This document shows, piece by piece, positions 9,142 through 19,705 of a DNA stretch of 64,000 nt. Within the stretch, counting starts at the first letter, position 1; every line of letters begins with the position of its first letter. The stretch is from an uncultured bacterium (lineage in GTDB: Bacteria > Patescibacteriota > Minisyncoccia > UBA6257 > 2-01-FULL-56-20): assembly GCA_963719425.1 (NCBI GenBank), contig OY970382.1, forward strand, positions 813,833 through 877,832. Reading direction: 5' to 3'. Position numbers and translations under genes: made by a program. The notes beneath the pieces were generated by a model, which saw nothing but the letters and a program-made list of their open reading frames with translations, was not told the DNA's origin and searched no databases.

Positions 9142-11148
9142 ATGTCGGCGATAACATTTGCATTGGGAGCTGGGGCGCTTGCGATCGTATGCGCAGCGGT
9201 ATTGATATGGAAAATTGGGAGGGCGCCTGCAGGCAATGAAAAAATGCAGGAAATCGCGCGCGCGATCCAAACGGGCGCGAAGGCATACTTGAATCGTCAG
9301 TACAAAACCGTCGCAATCGTGGCGGTCGTCGTGGCGATTTTAATCGGCGTGTTCTTGAAAGCGACGACGATGGCAGGGTTCATCATTGGCGCTTTTTCCT
9401 CGGCGCTCGCGGGATATATCGGTATGAATATGTCGGTGCGCGCGAACGTGAGGACCGCGGAGGCGGCAAAGTCGGGACTCAAGCAGGCGCTCGGCATTGC
9501 GTTTGAGGGCGGAACGGTAACGGGGCTCCTCGTCGTCGGCCTCGCGCTCATCGCCGTTTCCGGTTTCTACGCGATCACGCATGACGTGCGGGCGCTCATC
9601 GGGTTGGGATTTGGCGGAAGTTTGATATCGGTCTTCGCGCGACTGGGCGGCGGTATCTTTACGAAAGGGGCCGATGTCGGCGCGGACCTTGTTGGCAAGG
9701 TTGAAGCGGGGATTCCGGAAGATGACCCACGGAATCCGGCGGTGATTGCGGACAACGTCGGCGACAACGTCGGCGACTGCGCAGGCATGGCTGCGGACCT
9801 TTTTGAAACATATGCCGTTACCGCCGTTGCCGTGATGATTCTGGGGAGCTTGATATTCCCCGGGTCGGAGAACGCGGTACTTTTGCCGCTTGTGATCGGC
9901 GGCATCTCTATCGTGAGTTCCATCCTTGGCATTTTCTTCGTACGGCCCGGCAAGAGCCAGTCCATTATGGGCGCTCTCTATAAAGGACTTATCGCCGCGA
10001 GCGTGATTTCCGTTATCGGTTTTTGGTTCTTGTCGGACGGCTACGCGGCGGCAACGAGCGGCGCGGCGAATAGCTTGAACTTCACGCAGCTTTTCTACCC
10101 AATGCTCGTGGGGATTTTGGTGACGACGTTCATTGTCTTGATTACCGAATATTACACTTCCAAAAGATTTCGCCCAGTACGCTCCATTGCTCAATCGTCC
10201 ACGACGGGACACGGAACGAACATCATCACGGGGCTTTCGGTGGGTATGGAATCAACGGCCCTTCCGGTCATTGTGATAGTCGCGGGAATCCTTACGGCGT
10301 ACGCGACCACCGGCTTATATGGCATCGCGCTTGCCACAATGAGCATGCTTTCCATGGCGGGCATTGTGGTTGCGATTGACGCATTCGGTCCGATTACGGA
10401 CAACGCTGGCGGCATTGCCGAGATGGCAGGGTTGCCGGATGAAGTGCGCAAGGTGACCGATGCGCTTGACGCGGTAGGGAATACCACGAAAGCAGTCACA
10501 AAAGGTTATGCAATCAGCTCGGCAGGTCTCGCGGCGGTCGTTCTCTTCTCGGCATATGTTCAGGATTTGCAGAACAGGCATGGCGGCGCCGCCATAAAAT
10601 TCGATCTCTCTGATCCAAAAATTATTGTGGGACTCTTGCTCGGCGGTATGATCCCATACCTCTTTGCGTCCATCGCCATGCGCGCGGTCGGCAAAGCGGC
10701 GGGAAGCGTAGTAAATGAAGTGCGTCAGCAGTTCAGAGAGATTCCGGGAATCATGGAGGGAAAAGCAAAGCCGGACTATGCAAAGAGCGTTGACATCGTT
10801 ACATCGGCCGCGATTAAAGAAATGATCGTGCCCGCGCTTCTGCCCGTGCTCGTGCCGATCGCGGTGGCGTTCCTCCTCGGACCGCTTGCGCTCGGCGGAC
10901 TGCTCGTGGGTTCCATCGTCACCGGACTTTTCGTCGCGATTTCCATGACCTCCGGCGGCGCGGCGTGGGACAACGCGAAGAAGTATATTGAAGAGGGTAA
11001 CCTGGGCGGCAAGGGTTCGGAGACGCACAAAGCCGCGATCACCGGCGACACCGTGGGCGATCCGTATAAAGACACCGCAGGGCCGGCGATCAATCCCGTT
11101 ATCAAGATCATCAATATCATCGCGCTTCTCCTCGTCCCATTTCTATAA
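9142..11148 (+). CDS. hppA: Membrane-integral K+/H+-translocating inorganic pyrophosphatase
   Basis: 668 aa and 15-16 TM helices. Signature motifs [38 protein letters not shown] and [14 protein letters not shown]. Confidence 0.9.
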   Translation: MSAITFALGAGALAIVCAAVLIWKIGRAPAGNEKMQEIARAIQTGAKAYLNRQYKTVAIVAVVVAILIGVFLKATTMAGFIIGAFSSALAGYIGMNMSVRANVRTAEAAKSGLKQALGIAFEGGTVTGLLVVGLALIAVSGFYAITHDVRALIGLGFGGSLISVFARLGGGIFTKGADVGADLVGKVEAGIPEDDPRNPAVIADNVGDNVGDCAGMAADLFETYAVTAVAVMILGSLIFPGSENAVLLPLVIGGISIVSSILGIFFVRPGKSQSIMGALYKGLIAASVISVIGFWFLSDGYAAATSGAANSLNFTQLFYPMLVGILVTTFIVLITEYYTSKRFRPVRSIAQSSTTGHGTNIITGLSVGMESTALPVIVIVAGILTAYATTGLYGIALATMSMLSMAGIVVAIDAFGPITDNAGGIAEMAGLPDEVRKVTDALDAVGNTTKAVTKGYAISSAGLAAVVLFSAYVQDLQNRHGGAAIKFDLSDPKIIVGLLLGGMIPYLFASIAMRAVGKAAGSVVNEVRQQFREIPGIMEGKAKPDYAKSVDIVTSAAIKEMIVPALLPVLVPIAVAFLLGPLALGGLLVGSIVTGLFVAISMTSGGAAWDNAKKYIEEGNLGGKGSETHKAAITGDTVGDPYKDTAGPAINPVIKIINIIALLLVPFL

Positions 11149-11178
11149 ATTGCTCGTATAAGCTAATATAAAGGAGCT

Positions 11179-11778
11179 ATGGAACCAGAAAACCAATACT
11201 TAATTCCGACGGTCATTGAAAAGTCGCAGTTCGGCGAGCGGGCATATGATATCTACTCGCGCCTGCTTAAAGAACGCATCATTTTCCTCGGCGGGCCGAT
11301 CAGCGACGCGGTGGCGAACACGGTGATCGCGCAGCTGCTCTTCTTGGATCACGAGGACCAGAAAAAAGACATCAAGCTTTATATCAACAGCCCCGGCGGT
11401 TCGGTCACGGCAGGCATGGCGATCTATGACACGATGCAATTTGTAAAGTCCGATGTTTCCACCATGTGCGTGGGAATCGCAGCGTCCATGGGCGCGTTTT
11501 TGCTTGCGGCCGGCCAGAAAGGGAAACGGCTCGCCTTGCCGAACTCGCAGATCCTGCTTCACCAGGTGATGGGCGGCGCGGAAGGGCAGGCGATTGAAAT
11601 TGAAATCGCAGCGAAACAAATCGTAAAAACAAAACAGCGGCTCAACGAACTGCTTTCAAAGCACACCGGCCAGCCGCTCGCAAAGATAGAGAAAGACACC
11701 GACCGCGACTTCTGGCTTTCCGCAGACGAAGCGAAAACCTACGGCGTGATAGACGAGATCATCAAGAATTCAAAATAG
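11179..11778 (+). CDS. clpP: ATP-dependent Clp protease proteolytic subunit ClpP
   Basis: Catalytic triad context GxASMGA...HQ; typical length 199 aa. Confidence 0.9.
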   Translation: MEPENQYLIPTVIEKSQFGERAYDIYSRLLKERIIFLGGPISDAVANTVIAQLLFLDHEDQKKDIKLYINSPGGSVTAGMAIYDTMQFVKSDVSTMCVGIAASMGAFLLAAGQKGKRLALPNSQILLHQVMGGAEGQAIEIEIAAKQIVKTKQRLNELLSKHTGQPLAKIEKDTDRDFWLSADEAKTYGVIDEIIKNSK

Positions 11779-11789
11779 TTCGTTTGCAT

Positions 11790-12647
11790 TTATCTTGCAG
11801 TGATGAATGCAAGAATGATCACGGATGCTGCCGCGAGAAAAAGGCCGGTCCATTGGTGAGGGCGGAGCTTTTCCTTGTTGAATAATAATCCTAACCCCGC
11901 GGCAAATGCGATATATCCCTCACTGATGCCGGTCACAACCGCGATGGGAATAAAGAGCGTCGCATAAGAAAACGTAACCCACGCGAGCTTATCAAAGAAA
12001 CTGACATTTAAGATCAGCCGCTTATTGTTCCTAAAATCGGATCTGATTTCTCCGAGCCGAGAGGTAGCCGCCAAATAAAAAATGGTCGCTATGGTGAGAA
12101 AGGCGTCCGTGAACCAGTTGATTACAAGAGGGTTTGTTTCTCGCGACCCCAAGCCGAAAAGAAAGCTGGATGCTCCCAAGCCGATAGTGCCAGCCACGGC
12201 GTACCAGGTACCTTTTTCCAGGTGAATGTTTTTAAGGTGGGAAAATGAACGGACAGAAACGAGGAAGATGCCCGCTATTAAAGTTGCCGTGAAAAAGATC
12301 TGTTCCGGCGTAAGCAGCTCTTTAATGAAATATGCTGCTAGGAATGCAGCGATAGGTATTTCAAAAGCGTAGATCGGTTCTACTACGGAGATTTTGCCAA
12401 TGCGCATTGCCTCAAAATCAAACAGGGCGGCAAGTAGAAGGACGAGGCAGGCGACCAGCAATAAAGTCGGATGGTTTTCAAGAGCGTTCTTAAGATTTGG
12501 ATAGGCGAAAGGGAATAGGATAATGGTCCCAAAAGCCGCGATGTAAAATAGCGCTACCCAATCGCCAAACCTCCTCGTGCTTCGTTGGATGAGAAAATCG
12601 CCAAGGCCCCACGAGAGCAAGGCGGTAATGGCGAGAAGTACTCCCAT
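11790..12647 (-). CDS. EamA/DMT-superfamily transporter
   Basis: Ten predicted TM helices arranged as duplicated EamA-like halves. Confidence 0.55.
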   Translation of the reverse strand: MGVLLAITALLSWGLGDFLIQRSTRRFGDWVALFYIAAFGTIILFPFAYPNLKNALENHPTLLLVACLVLLLAALFDFEAMRIGKISVVEPIYAFEIPIAAFLAAYFIKELLTPEQIFFTATLIAGIFLVSVRSFSHLKNIHLEKGTWYAVAGTIGLGASSFLFGLGSRETNPLVINWFTDAFLTIATIFYLAATSRLGEIRSDFRNNKRLILNVSFFDKLAWVTFSYATLFIPIAVVTGISEGYIAFAAGLGLLFNKEKLRPHQWTGLFLAAASVIILAFITAR

Positions 12648-12691
12648 ACGTTAGATTTTAACAGAAGCGTTTTCGTGGTAAAGTTTTTGAG

Positions 12692-13882
12692 ATGCAGGCC
12701 GTGCGAGAAAAAATTGAAGAGCTCCTTTCACGCAACGTTGCGGAGGTGATTGAAAAGGATCATCTCCGCGCCGCGCTCGCGTCTGGAAAAAAGCTGCGTG
12801 TGAAGCTCGGCATTGACCCGACCTCACCCGATTTGCATTTGGGGCACGCGGTCGTCTTGCGAAAACTTCGCGCGTTCCAGGATCTGGGACACAAAGTGAT
12901 GCTCATCATCGGCGATTTTACCGCGCAAGTCGGTGACCCTTCAGGCCGTTCAGAGACGCGAAAGATGCTTTCGCCCGGGGAGGTGAAACACAACGAGAAA
13001 GAATATCTCCGCCACGCGGGAAAAGTGGTGGACGTGAAAAAGGCGGAAATTTTCCACAATAACGAATGGTTTGGTCGCGCGGGACTTGCGGAGGTCATGC
13101 AGCTAGCGGCCGCCGCAAGCATGCAGCAGATACTCCGCCGCGCCGATTTTAAAAAGCGCCTTGCGGAGAATGTTGACGTGACCATGTTGGAAATGCTCTA
13201 TCCACTTCTCCAAGGGTACGATTCCGTGCGGGTGAGGGCGGACGTTGAGCTTGGCGGCACGGACCAGCTCTTCAACCTGCTCATGGGGCGGCAGGTGCAG
13301 AAACGCTTTGGCATGCCCGAGCAGGATATCCTGACCGTGCCTTTGCTTGAGGGGCTTGATGGGGTGAAGAAAATGTCAAAAACCTATGGGAACTACATTG
13401 GTTTAGATGATGAACCAACAGATATGTTTGGGAAGACGATGTCATTACCCGATTCGCTTATTACAAAATATTTTATGTTTTGTACCGGACTTTCGGAAGG
13501 CGAGATCGGCAAGTTGAAGAAAACACTGAAGCCGAAAGTGCTCAAGGAGCGGCTCGCGCTGGAGATTGTCAAGCTTTATCATGGAGACGCCGCTGCAAAG
13601 CGTGCAGAGGAATATTTTGAGAAAACGTTTTCAAAAAAAGAAGGCGCGACTGATGCGCCGGAGCTTGTGTTCGCAAGAAAATCGCTCACCGTACTTGACC
13701 TGGTGATTGCCTCGGGCGCGGTGAAAAGCAAGAGTGAGGCGCGGCGTCTCATTGAGCAGGGCGGTCTTGATCTGGACGGGAAGACAATTAAAGATCCACA
13801 AAAAGTTCTTCAGCTCAAAGGCGGAGAAGCGGTGAAGATAGGGAAGAAGCGTTTCTTCAAGATTCTTGCGCCATCCACTTGA
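12692..13882 (+). CDS. tyrS: Tyrosyl-tRNA synthetase with a C-terminal S4-like domain
   Basis: HIGH motif (PDLHLGHAV), KMSKS motif (KMSKTYGN) and a C-terminal S4 RNA-binding domain. Confidence 0.9.
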   Translation: MQAVREKIEELLSRNVAEVIEKDHLRAALASGKKLRVKLGIDPTSPDLHLGHAVVLRKLRAFQDLGHKVMLIIGDFTAQVGDPSGRSETRKMLSPGEVKHNEKEYLRHAGKVVDVKKAEIFHNNEWFGRAGLAEVMQLAAAASMQQILRRADFKKRLAENVDVTMLEMLYPLLQGYDSVRVRADVELGGTDQLFNLLMGRQVQKRFGMPEQDILTVPLLEGLDGVKKMSKTYGNYIGLDDEPTDMFGKTMSLPDSLITKYFMFCTGLSEGEIGKLKKTLKPKVLKERLALEIVKLYHGDAAAKRAEEYFEKTFSKKEGATDAPELVFARKSLTVLDLVIASGAVKSKSEARRLIEQGGLDLDGKTIKDPQKVLQLKGGEAVKIGKKRFFKILAPST

Positions 13883-13953
13883 GCGGGTAAGGGGAATCGA
13901 ACCCCTGTCATCAGCTTGGAAAGCTGAGGTAATGCCATTATACGATACCCGCG
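13883..13953 (-). tRNA. tRNA-Gly (anticodon UCC)
   Basis: Manual cloverleaf: GCGGGTA acceptor, anticodon stem TCAGC/GCTGA with loop TTTCCAA, T-arm AGGGG-TTCGATT-CCCCT. The gene abuts the tyrS stop. Confidence 0.8.
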
Positions 13954-14071
13954 CCGCTTCCCAATGCACCATGCGGCGGTCGTTGCAACTATAGTGCGCC
14001 GGAAACGTAATAATAATGTAACATTCCGCCTTGCGTTTTTCAATTATTTTCGGTAGAATGCATCTAACCAA

Positions 14072-14665
14072 ATGTGGAGTTCCCACAAGACCAAAATTAT
14101 TTTGGGCTTCGTCGCCATCGTGGCAATCGGATATGCCGTTGCGAGGTTTGTGCAGGGGAGTGGCACCATACCACAGAGTTTCGTCAATGCGCGGACACAG
14201 GGCGCCATCATTGCGCAGAACATCGTAAACCTTTCCAATCAGTCCACCGCGACCCTTGAACAAGTGAACACGATGGACGAAAAACGGGACTATACGAATG
14301 CGCTCACGCTTACGACGGGACTTGTCACCCAAAGTCAGGAGATCCGCGACCAGGCGGTGGAACTTTCGGGACAGATTGAGGAAATGACGAAGGCACTCTC
14401 CGACATCTCTGACTTCAATGCGCGGCAGGCGGCGCTGGAGTCCATCTCCAATCGCCTTGCGCTCATCAATCAGCTCATCAATTACAGTGGCGATCTTGGC
14501 CAGCTCCTCCAGGTATTACAGGACCGGTTTACGGGCAGAGGCGGCACGAATACCGAAGTGCAGGCGCTTGTGAATCAAATCAACACCGACGTGAACGCAA
14601 TCAATAATTTCAACGCGCAGGCGGGACAAGCAATGGACCGGTTTGATACTATAGTAGGGAAGTAG
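14072..14665 (+). CDS. Hypothetical N-terminally anchored, coiled-coil (Gln/Asn-rich) protein
   Basis: Single N-terminal TM, then heptad-like QN-rich sequence. No recognisable catalytic motifs. Confidence 0.45.
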   Translation: MWSSHKTKIILGFVAIVAIGYAVARFVQGSGTIPQSFVNARTQGAIIAQNIVNLSNQSTATLEQVNTMDEKRDYTNALTLTTGLVTQSQEIRDQAVELSGQIEEMTKALSDISDFNARQAALESISNRLALINQLINYSGDLGQLLQVLQDRFTGRGGTNTEVQALVNQINTDVNAINNFNAQAGQAMDRFDTIVGK

Positions 14666-14703
14666 CCCAGCCGTACTTTCGCCCCGCGAAAGTACGGCTG
14701 GGC
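14665..14703 (+). terminator. Perfect 17-bp GC-rich hairpin (loop CCCCG) between the ORF stop and tRNA-Ile
   Basis: gcccagccgtactttcg-ccccg-cgaaagtacggctgggc. There is no downstream U-tract, so it may be a terminator or an RNA-processing structure. Confidence 0.4.
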
Positions 14704-14705
14704 GG

Positions 14706-14777
14706 GGGCACGTAGCTCAACGGCAGAGCAGACGTCTTATACACGTCCGGTTCCTGGTTCGAATCCAGGCGTGCCCA
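14706..14777 (+). tRNA. tRNA-Ile with anticodon UAU (decodes AUA)
   Basis: Cloverleaf: GGGCACG acceptor, D-arm TAGCTCAACGGCAGAGC, anticodon stem GACGT/ACGTC with loop CTTATAC, variable CGGTT, T-arm CCTGG-TTCGAAT-CCAGG, discriminator A. Confidence 0.8.
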
Positions 14778-14778
14778 C

Positions 14779-15306
14779 ATGATCATTGTTTTCACAGGGG
14801 ACGGAAAAGGGAAAACGACGGTGTCGCTTGGCCAGATGGTGCGCGTCATAGGGCGCGGGAAATCAGCGCTTATGATCCAGTTCATCAAAGGGCCGTGGAT
14901 TTCGGGCGAGGATGAATTCAGGAAATTGTTCGGCATCCCGAAGGAAAAATTTGAAATACGAAAAATGGGGCTGGGATTCGTGGGAATCCTTGGCGATAAG
15001 CTGCCGATTGAAAAGCACAAGGAGGCGGCGCGGAACGCGCTCAACGCTTTCATTAAAGAAAAACAATCCGGCACGTGGCACCTTATTGTGCTTGATGAAG
15101 TGAACGTCGCGGTATCGCTTGGGCTTCTTGCGGTGGAAGAGGTGCTTGAGGCGATAAAAGATTTTCCGGAGAACAGGATTTTGATATTGAGCGGGCGCGG
15201 GGCGCCGCAAGCATTCATTGATGTTGCCGACCTCGCGACCGAAATGAAAGAAATAAAGCACCCGTTCGCGAGGGGCGGGCGTGCAAAGTTTACGGTAGAA
15301 TTTTAG
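14779..15306 (+). CDS. Cob(I)yrinic acid a,c-diamide adenosyltransferase-like P-loop protein (CobA/CobO/BtuR family)
   Basis: Modified P-loop GDGKGKTT and LDEVN motif; 175 aa. Confidence 0.65.
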   Translation: MIIVFTGDGKGKTTVSLGQMVRVIGRGKSALMIQFIKGPWISGEDEFRKLFGIPKEKFEIRKMGLGFVGILGDKLPIEKHKEAARNALNAFIKEKQSGTWHLIVLDEVNVAVSLGLLAVEEVLEAIKDFPENRILILSGRGAPQAFIDVADLATEMKEIKHPFARGGRAKFTVEF

Positions 15307-15425
15307 ACACAGCGCATGTAAATTTGGTTCGCTTTATCTCGCACGAAGCTTTACCGCAGAAAGAAAATTCCCCTCCGGCTCGCGTGCAGACGAGCTCGCC
15401 GGAAGGGAATTTTCTTTTCTGCAAG

Positions 15426-15593
15426 TTACATCTTGGCTCCGCCAGCCGGACCGCCTTTCTTTTCAAGCGCAGCCCAGAGCGCAAGGACGGCTACAAGAAG
15501 TCCCGCGATGATCATCCACGTGACGCCTGTTCCCATATAGGCGAACAGAATAATAAGGATTCCCAATAGAACGTTAACCCATTGCTTCCACAT
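15426..15593 (-). CDS. Possible 55-aa small membrane protein (MWKQWVNVLLGILIILFAYMGTGVTWMIIAGLLVAVLALWAALEKKGGPAGGAKM)
   Basis: Hand translation of the minus strand. It is below the ORF-track size cut-off. Two hydrophobic helices. The + strand ORF 15324..15569 is rejected. Confidence 0.3.
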   Translation of the reverse strand: MWKQWVNVLLGILIILFAYMGTGVTWMIIAGLLVAVLALWAALEKKGGPAGGAKM

Positions 15594-15650
15594 GATAATT
15601 AAGGGTGAGTGATTATTTTCGGCCTTTATGAATATTATATCAAAATGGGG

Positions 15651-17480
15651 TTACGCGCCGATCGGTTTGATCTTAAATGGCTTCAAAAGGTTGCGGAATT
15701 CGTCTTGTTCCAGCGTTTCCTTTTGCATGAGCGTCTCCGCGATTTTTTTGAGCGCCGCCTTATGTACCTTGAGGATTTTCTCCGCCGTTGCGTATGCGTG
15801 CGAGATAAAGCCGTGCACCTGCGCGTCAATTTCCGCCGCCACCTTTTCGGAATAATTTTTTTCGGTGGCGATTTCGCGGCCAAGGAAGATGAGCTCTTCG
15901 GCTTTGCCGAACGTCATGGGTCCGAGTTCGCTCATGCCGTATTTCGTGACGAGCCGCCGCGCGAGATCGGAGGCCTCCCTAAGGTCGTTGGAGGCGCCCG
16001 TGGAGACGTCGCCGAAGGTGAGCTTCTCCGACGCATAGCCGCCCATCATCATGGCAAGATCGGCGAGGAATTGAGTGCGTGTCTTCAAGTGTTGGTCCTC
16101 GGTGGGGAGTTTCATTGTGTAGCCGCCCGCAAATCCGCGGCTGATAATGGAAACCTTTTGCACCGGGTCGGCGTTTTTCATCGCGGCCGCGACGAGCGCG
16201 TGGCCGCCTTCGTGGTAGGCGGTGATTTCCTTTTCTTTTTGTGAGATTACGCGGCTTTTCCGCTCGGGGCCGAGAATCACCTTCTCGGCGGCTTCAAAGA
16301 ATTCCGCTTGTCCGATAAGTTTCTTATTCAGTCGCGCGGCGCTGATTGCCGCCTCGTTCATGAGATTTGCAAGGTCCGCGCCCGAGAATCCCGGCGTGCG
16401 GATGGCGACCTTGCGGAGGTCAACGTTCTTCTCCAGTAATTTTCCCTCCGCGTGGATCTTCAAGATTGCCTCGCGGTCGTTGAGATCGGGGAGATCAAGA
16501 ATGACGCGGCGGTCAAAGCGGCCGGGGCGGAGGAGCGCCGGATCCAAAATATCCGGCCGGTTCGTGGCGGCAAGGACGATCACGCGCGTGTCGCGGTCAA
16601 AACCATCCATTTCAACGAGGATTTGATTGAGCGTCTGCTCGCGCTCGTCGTTCCCGCCGCCGAGGCCCGCGCCGCGCTGGCGGCCGACGGCGTCAATTTC
16701 GTCAATGAAAAGGATCGCCGGTGCGGCGCGTTTCGCAGTCATAAACGCATCCCGCGTGCGGCTGGCGCCCACGCCCACAAACATTTCCACGAATTCCGAT
16801 GCGGAAATGTAGAAAAACGGCACGCCGCTCTCGCCCGCGACGGCACGCGCGACCAGTGTTTTTCCTGTTCCGGGCGGCCCCATGAGCAATATGCCGCGAG
16901 GGATCCGCGCGCCCAAGTCAAGGAACTTTTTAGGATTTTTTAAGAAATCAACCACTTCAATAAGCTCCTCTTTCGCCTCCTTGAGTCCCGCGACATTCTT
17001 GAACATGACCTTGTCCTTGAACGTTGAAAGACGAAGATTGGAGCGTCCGAAGTTGAACGCCTGATTCACGCCCGTGCGCGCCTGCCGGAACATGAGCCAG
17101 AAAATAAAACCGATGGCGAGGAGGGGGAGAAGAGTGGGAATCAAAATGCCCGCCCAGAACTGCCAGCCCGACTGGTCCTGAACCTCAAGGTCAACGTTCT
17201 GGAGTGCTTGCGGCGCGACGCCCAAATTTTTTAGGGTCTCCGAGATGCCCGATTCGCTCTCTTTCTTGGAAACGGCGGTGCTGCCGTCCTTAAGGGTTAC
17301 CGTGAGGTCGTTGCCGTTCACGATGACCTTCGTGACCCCGCCTGCATTGATCTTGTCCACGAGCTGGTTCAAGCTCAAAGTTTGCGGCGATGTTCCCGGG
17401 CCGACAAACAGCGAGAAGAGAAGCGCGATCACGACGAGCGTGAGGATCGCCCAGAGGATGTTTTTGGTAAGATTGGACAT
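15651..17480 (-). CDS. ftsH: ATP-dependent zinc metalloprotease FtsH
   Basis: N-terminal TM pair, AAA Walker [12 protein letters not shown] region, and HEGGHAL zinc-binding motif. Confidence 0.9.
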   Translation of the reverse strand: MSNLTKNILWAILTLVVIALLFSLFVGPGTSPQTLSLNQLVDKINAGGVTKVIVNGNDLTVTLKDGSTAVSKKESESGISETLKNLGVAPQALQNVDLEVQDQSGWQFWAGILIPTLLPLLAIGFIFWLMFRQARTGVNQAFNFGRSNLRLSTFKDKVMFKNVAGLKEAKEELIEVVDFLKNPKKFLDLGARIPRGILLMGPPGTGKTLVARAVAGESGVPFFYISASEFVEMFVGVGASRTRDAFMTAKRAAPAILFIDEIDAVGRQRGAGLGGGNDEREQTLNQILVEMDGFDRDTRVIVLAATNRPDILDPALLRPGRFDRRVILDLPDLNDREAILKIHAEGKLLEKNVDLRKVAIRTPGFSGADLANLMNEAAISAARLNKKLIGQAEFFEAAEKVILGPERKSRVISQKEKEITAYHEGGHALVAAAMKNADPVQKVSIISRGFAGGYTMKLPTEDQHLKTRTQFLADLAMMMGGYASEKLTFGDVSTGASNDLREASDLARRLVTKYGMSELGPMTFGKAEELIFLGREIATEKNYSEKVAAEIDAQVHGFISHAYATAEKILKVHKAALKKIAETLMQKETLEQDEFRNLLKPFKIKPIGA

Positions 17481-17513
17481 GTGTGAAAATTATAAGAGAA
17501 TGGGCTGCGGGGG

Positions 17514-18128
17514 TCAATCTTCTTTGCGAAACACCCCTGCGACGAACTTCGCGAGGAAATAATCCGCAAGAAGGAAAAGAACGAGACCGATAAAAAATAC
17601 CAGCTCAAAGTTGCGGAATATGGCGATGGCGCGAAGCGGCGCGAGGCCGGAGATGAGGCCGTAAGCAAGCCCGAGGAGGATAGGAAGCCAGATTATGACG
17701 GAAAGCGCCGAATTACGGAAAAATTTTTTGAACCCCATTCTGCTCCACCCTGCGGAAAAGATGACGGGGAATGCCGATGCGTAGAAAAATTTTGATAGAA
17801 CGATCCACCGCCTCCCATTGCGTTCAAATGCCCCTTCTACTCTCCCATGCCACGAAGGCAGGCGGCGCTTGATCCAGCGTCCGAACTTCGTGTCGCGTGT
17901 CGCGCGTCCCAGCGTATACCAAAGGAGATCGCCGGTTATGTCGGCAAGGAAAATCGTGAGAATAAGAAGCGGAACGCCCCATGTGCCGAAATATCCCTGG
18001 AAGACAATCCAGAAGCTCACGAACGCAGAAATGTTCCCGAGGAAGATCGTCGCGATGTAGATAATAAAATAAGCCAAAAAGAGGTTTTGACTTGCGAGAA
18101 GCCCTATATCGGCGACAAAAGTACCCAC
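17514..18128 (-). CDS. DedA/SNARE-associated family membrane protein
   Basis: Typical DedA length and hydrophobic pattern with G..Y..GR.. motifs. Confidence 0.7.
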   Translation of the reverse strand: MGTFVADIGLLASQNLFLAYFIIYIATIFLGNISAFVSFWIVFQGYFGTWGVPLLILTIFLADITGDLLWYTLGRATRDTKFGRWIKRRLPSWHGRVEGAFERNGRRWIVLSKFFYASAFPVIFSAGWSRMGFKKFFRNSALSVIIWLPILLGLAYGLISGLAPLRAIAIFRNFELVFFIGLVLFLLADYFLAKFVAGVFRKED

Positions 18129-18179
18129 GTCTATTGATTATATCACTCCATCATGGCATAATGTCACGAAAGAGTTGAT

Positions 18180-18251
18180 GGTGCCTATGGTGTAGCGGCA
18201 GCACTAGAGTCTGTGGCACTCTCGGCGCCGGTTCGAATCCGGCTAGGCACC
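18180..18251 (+). tRNA. tRNA-His (anticodon GUG) with a genomically encoded G-1
   Basis: G-1 then GTGCCTA acceptor pairing with TAGGCAC. C73 pairs with G-1. Anticodon stem AGAGT/ACTCT with loop CTGTGGC. Confidence 0.85.
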
Positions 18252-18430
18252 CATCGTAGAAATTTATCCGATAGCGCTGATGGGATAAGCAGATTTTGGT
18301 TCGAGTGGGGCCCATCCGGCTGCAGTAAGGTCTGATGTCAAAGAAACGCACGACCTATTGCGTCTGCTTGAGTTTCGGAAATGAATGGACACGGCCTTCC
18401 ATGCCCCTTAAGGGGATTCGGGAAACTTGA

Positions 18431-19639
18431 GTGTGTTATACTTCATGCAAAGCTGTGGATATTGACAGGTATGTAAGGGAAGCACGAGAGAAAGGCATGT
18501 CGGACGATGCAATCCGTTCCGCTCTTTTGAATATGGGGCAGAGCGTTAACGACATCAATGCAAGGTTCAGCAACGCGGGGCAGAGTATGGAAGTTTCGAC
18601 TGCGGCAAGTAATGGAAATACTATTCCGCCTGTTATTGCACAACCCGGCCCAAGTAGCAACGGGTTAAAACCGCAGCCGCAGCCACAACCACAACAGACA
18701 TCCCTTGATTCCATTGGTTCTCTTTTTGGTGCTACGTGGCGTCTCTATAAAGAGCGCTTTTTGGTTTTGATTGGCATCCTTATTGTCCCTACGGCGGTTA
18801 TCGGAATAGGCACGCTTATGATGAGTTATGGATTTCCGGCAAATATCGGGGGCGTTATCCTCATTGTTATTGGCTATTTGGTTTTCGTCGTGGCCTCGGT
18901 CGCTCTTGTCTTCGCGGTTGCCAAAGGGACCGGCGTCACGGAATCCTATCGCGGCGGCATTGCGATTTTTTGGTCAGTCGTTTGGATCGGACTTCTTATT
19001 TACTTTGCCGTCATGGGAGGGATGGTGATGCTCGTCATTCCGGGCATAATGCTCGCAGTCTGGTTCTTATTCAGCAATTACATATTGGTCATTGAAGGCA
19101 AGCGTGGGCTCGGTGCAATGAGCCAGAGCCGCGAATACACGCGGGGGTATTGGTGGTCAATTTTCGGGAGGTACCTCTTGCTCGCCATTTTGGCGGTAGT
19201 GATTGTTTTTGCTCTTTATCTGCCCGCCCTCTTCATTTTTGGGAAGGTGGTCGGCGCAATCGTTTACTTTGTCTTGCTTCTCTTCGTTATGTCGTTCTCG
19301 CTGGTGTATCTCTATGAGCTTTACCTGAATCTCGCCGCCTTGAAACCGGAACTCGCCGCAAGCCAGTCAAGGTCCGGCCGGGGATTCTTCATCACGAGCG
19401 CCGTCATCGGGCTCATCTCGCCGTTTGTCATCGCCATTGCGATGGCTTCTCTTTTTAGTCTTATCTTCCTCTCGATATTTAAAGCTATCCCAAAAAACTC
19501 GGTGCAGTTCCCTCCTTCTCTTGTCACGGTGTCGGTTCCTTCACCCGGCGGGACCGCGACGACAAATAGCTGCAACGACAATGACATGAACTGCCTTATC
19601 GCTGCGGCCCAAAAGTGCTCTCCCGCATCACTTGAGTGA
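18431..19639 (+). CDS. Hypothetical polytopic membrane protein with a Gln/Pro-rich linker
   Basis: N-terminal soluble segment, a PQPQPQPQQ linker, and 6-7 TM helices. Confidence 0.45.
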   Translation: MCYTSCKAVDIDRYVREAREKGMSDDAIRSALLNMGQSVNDINARFSNAGQSMEVSTAASNGNTIPPVIAQPGPSSNGLKPQPQPQPQQTSLDSIGSLFGATWRLYKERFLVLIGILIVPTAVIGIGTLMMSYGFPANIGGVILIVIGYLVFVVASVALVFAVAKGTGVTESYRGGIAIFWSVVWIGLLIYFAVMGGMVMLVIPGIMLAVWFLFSNYILVIEGKRGLGAMSQSREYTRGYWWSIFGRYLLLAILAVVIVFALYLPALFIFGKVVGAIVYFVLLLFVMSFSLVYLYELYLNLAALKPELAASQSRSGRGFFITSAVIGLISPFVIAIAMASLFSLIFLSIFKAIPKNSVQFPPSLVTVSVPSPGGTATTNSCNDNDMNCLIAAAQKCSPASLE

Positions 19640-19705
19640 ACGACAACAGTAAACCTATTTAACGTCTTTAGCCAAACTACCCAAGCGCAACTTGCTTTAA
19701 GCGGC

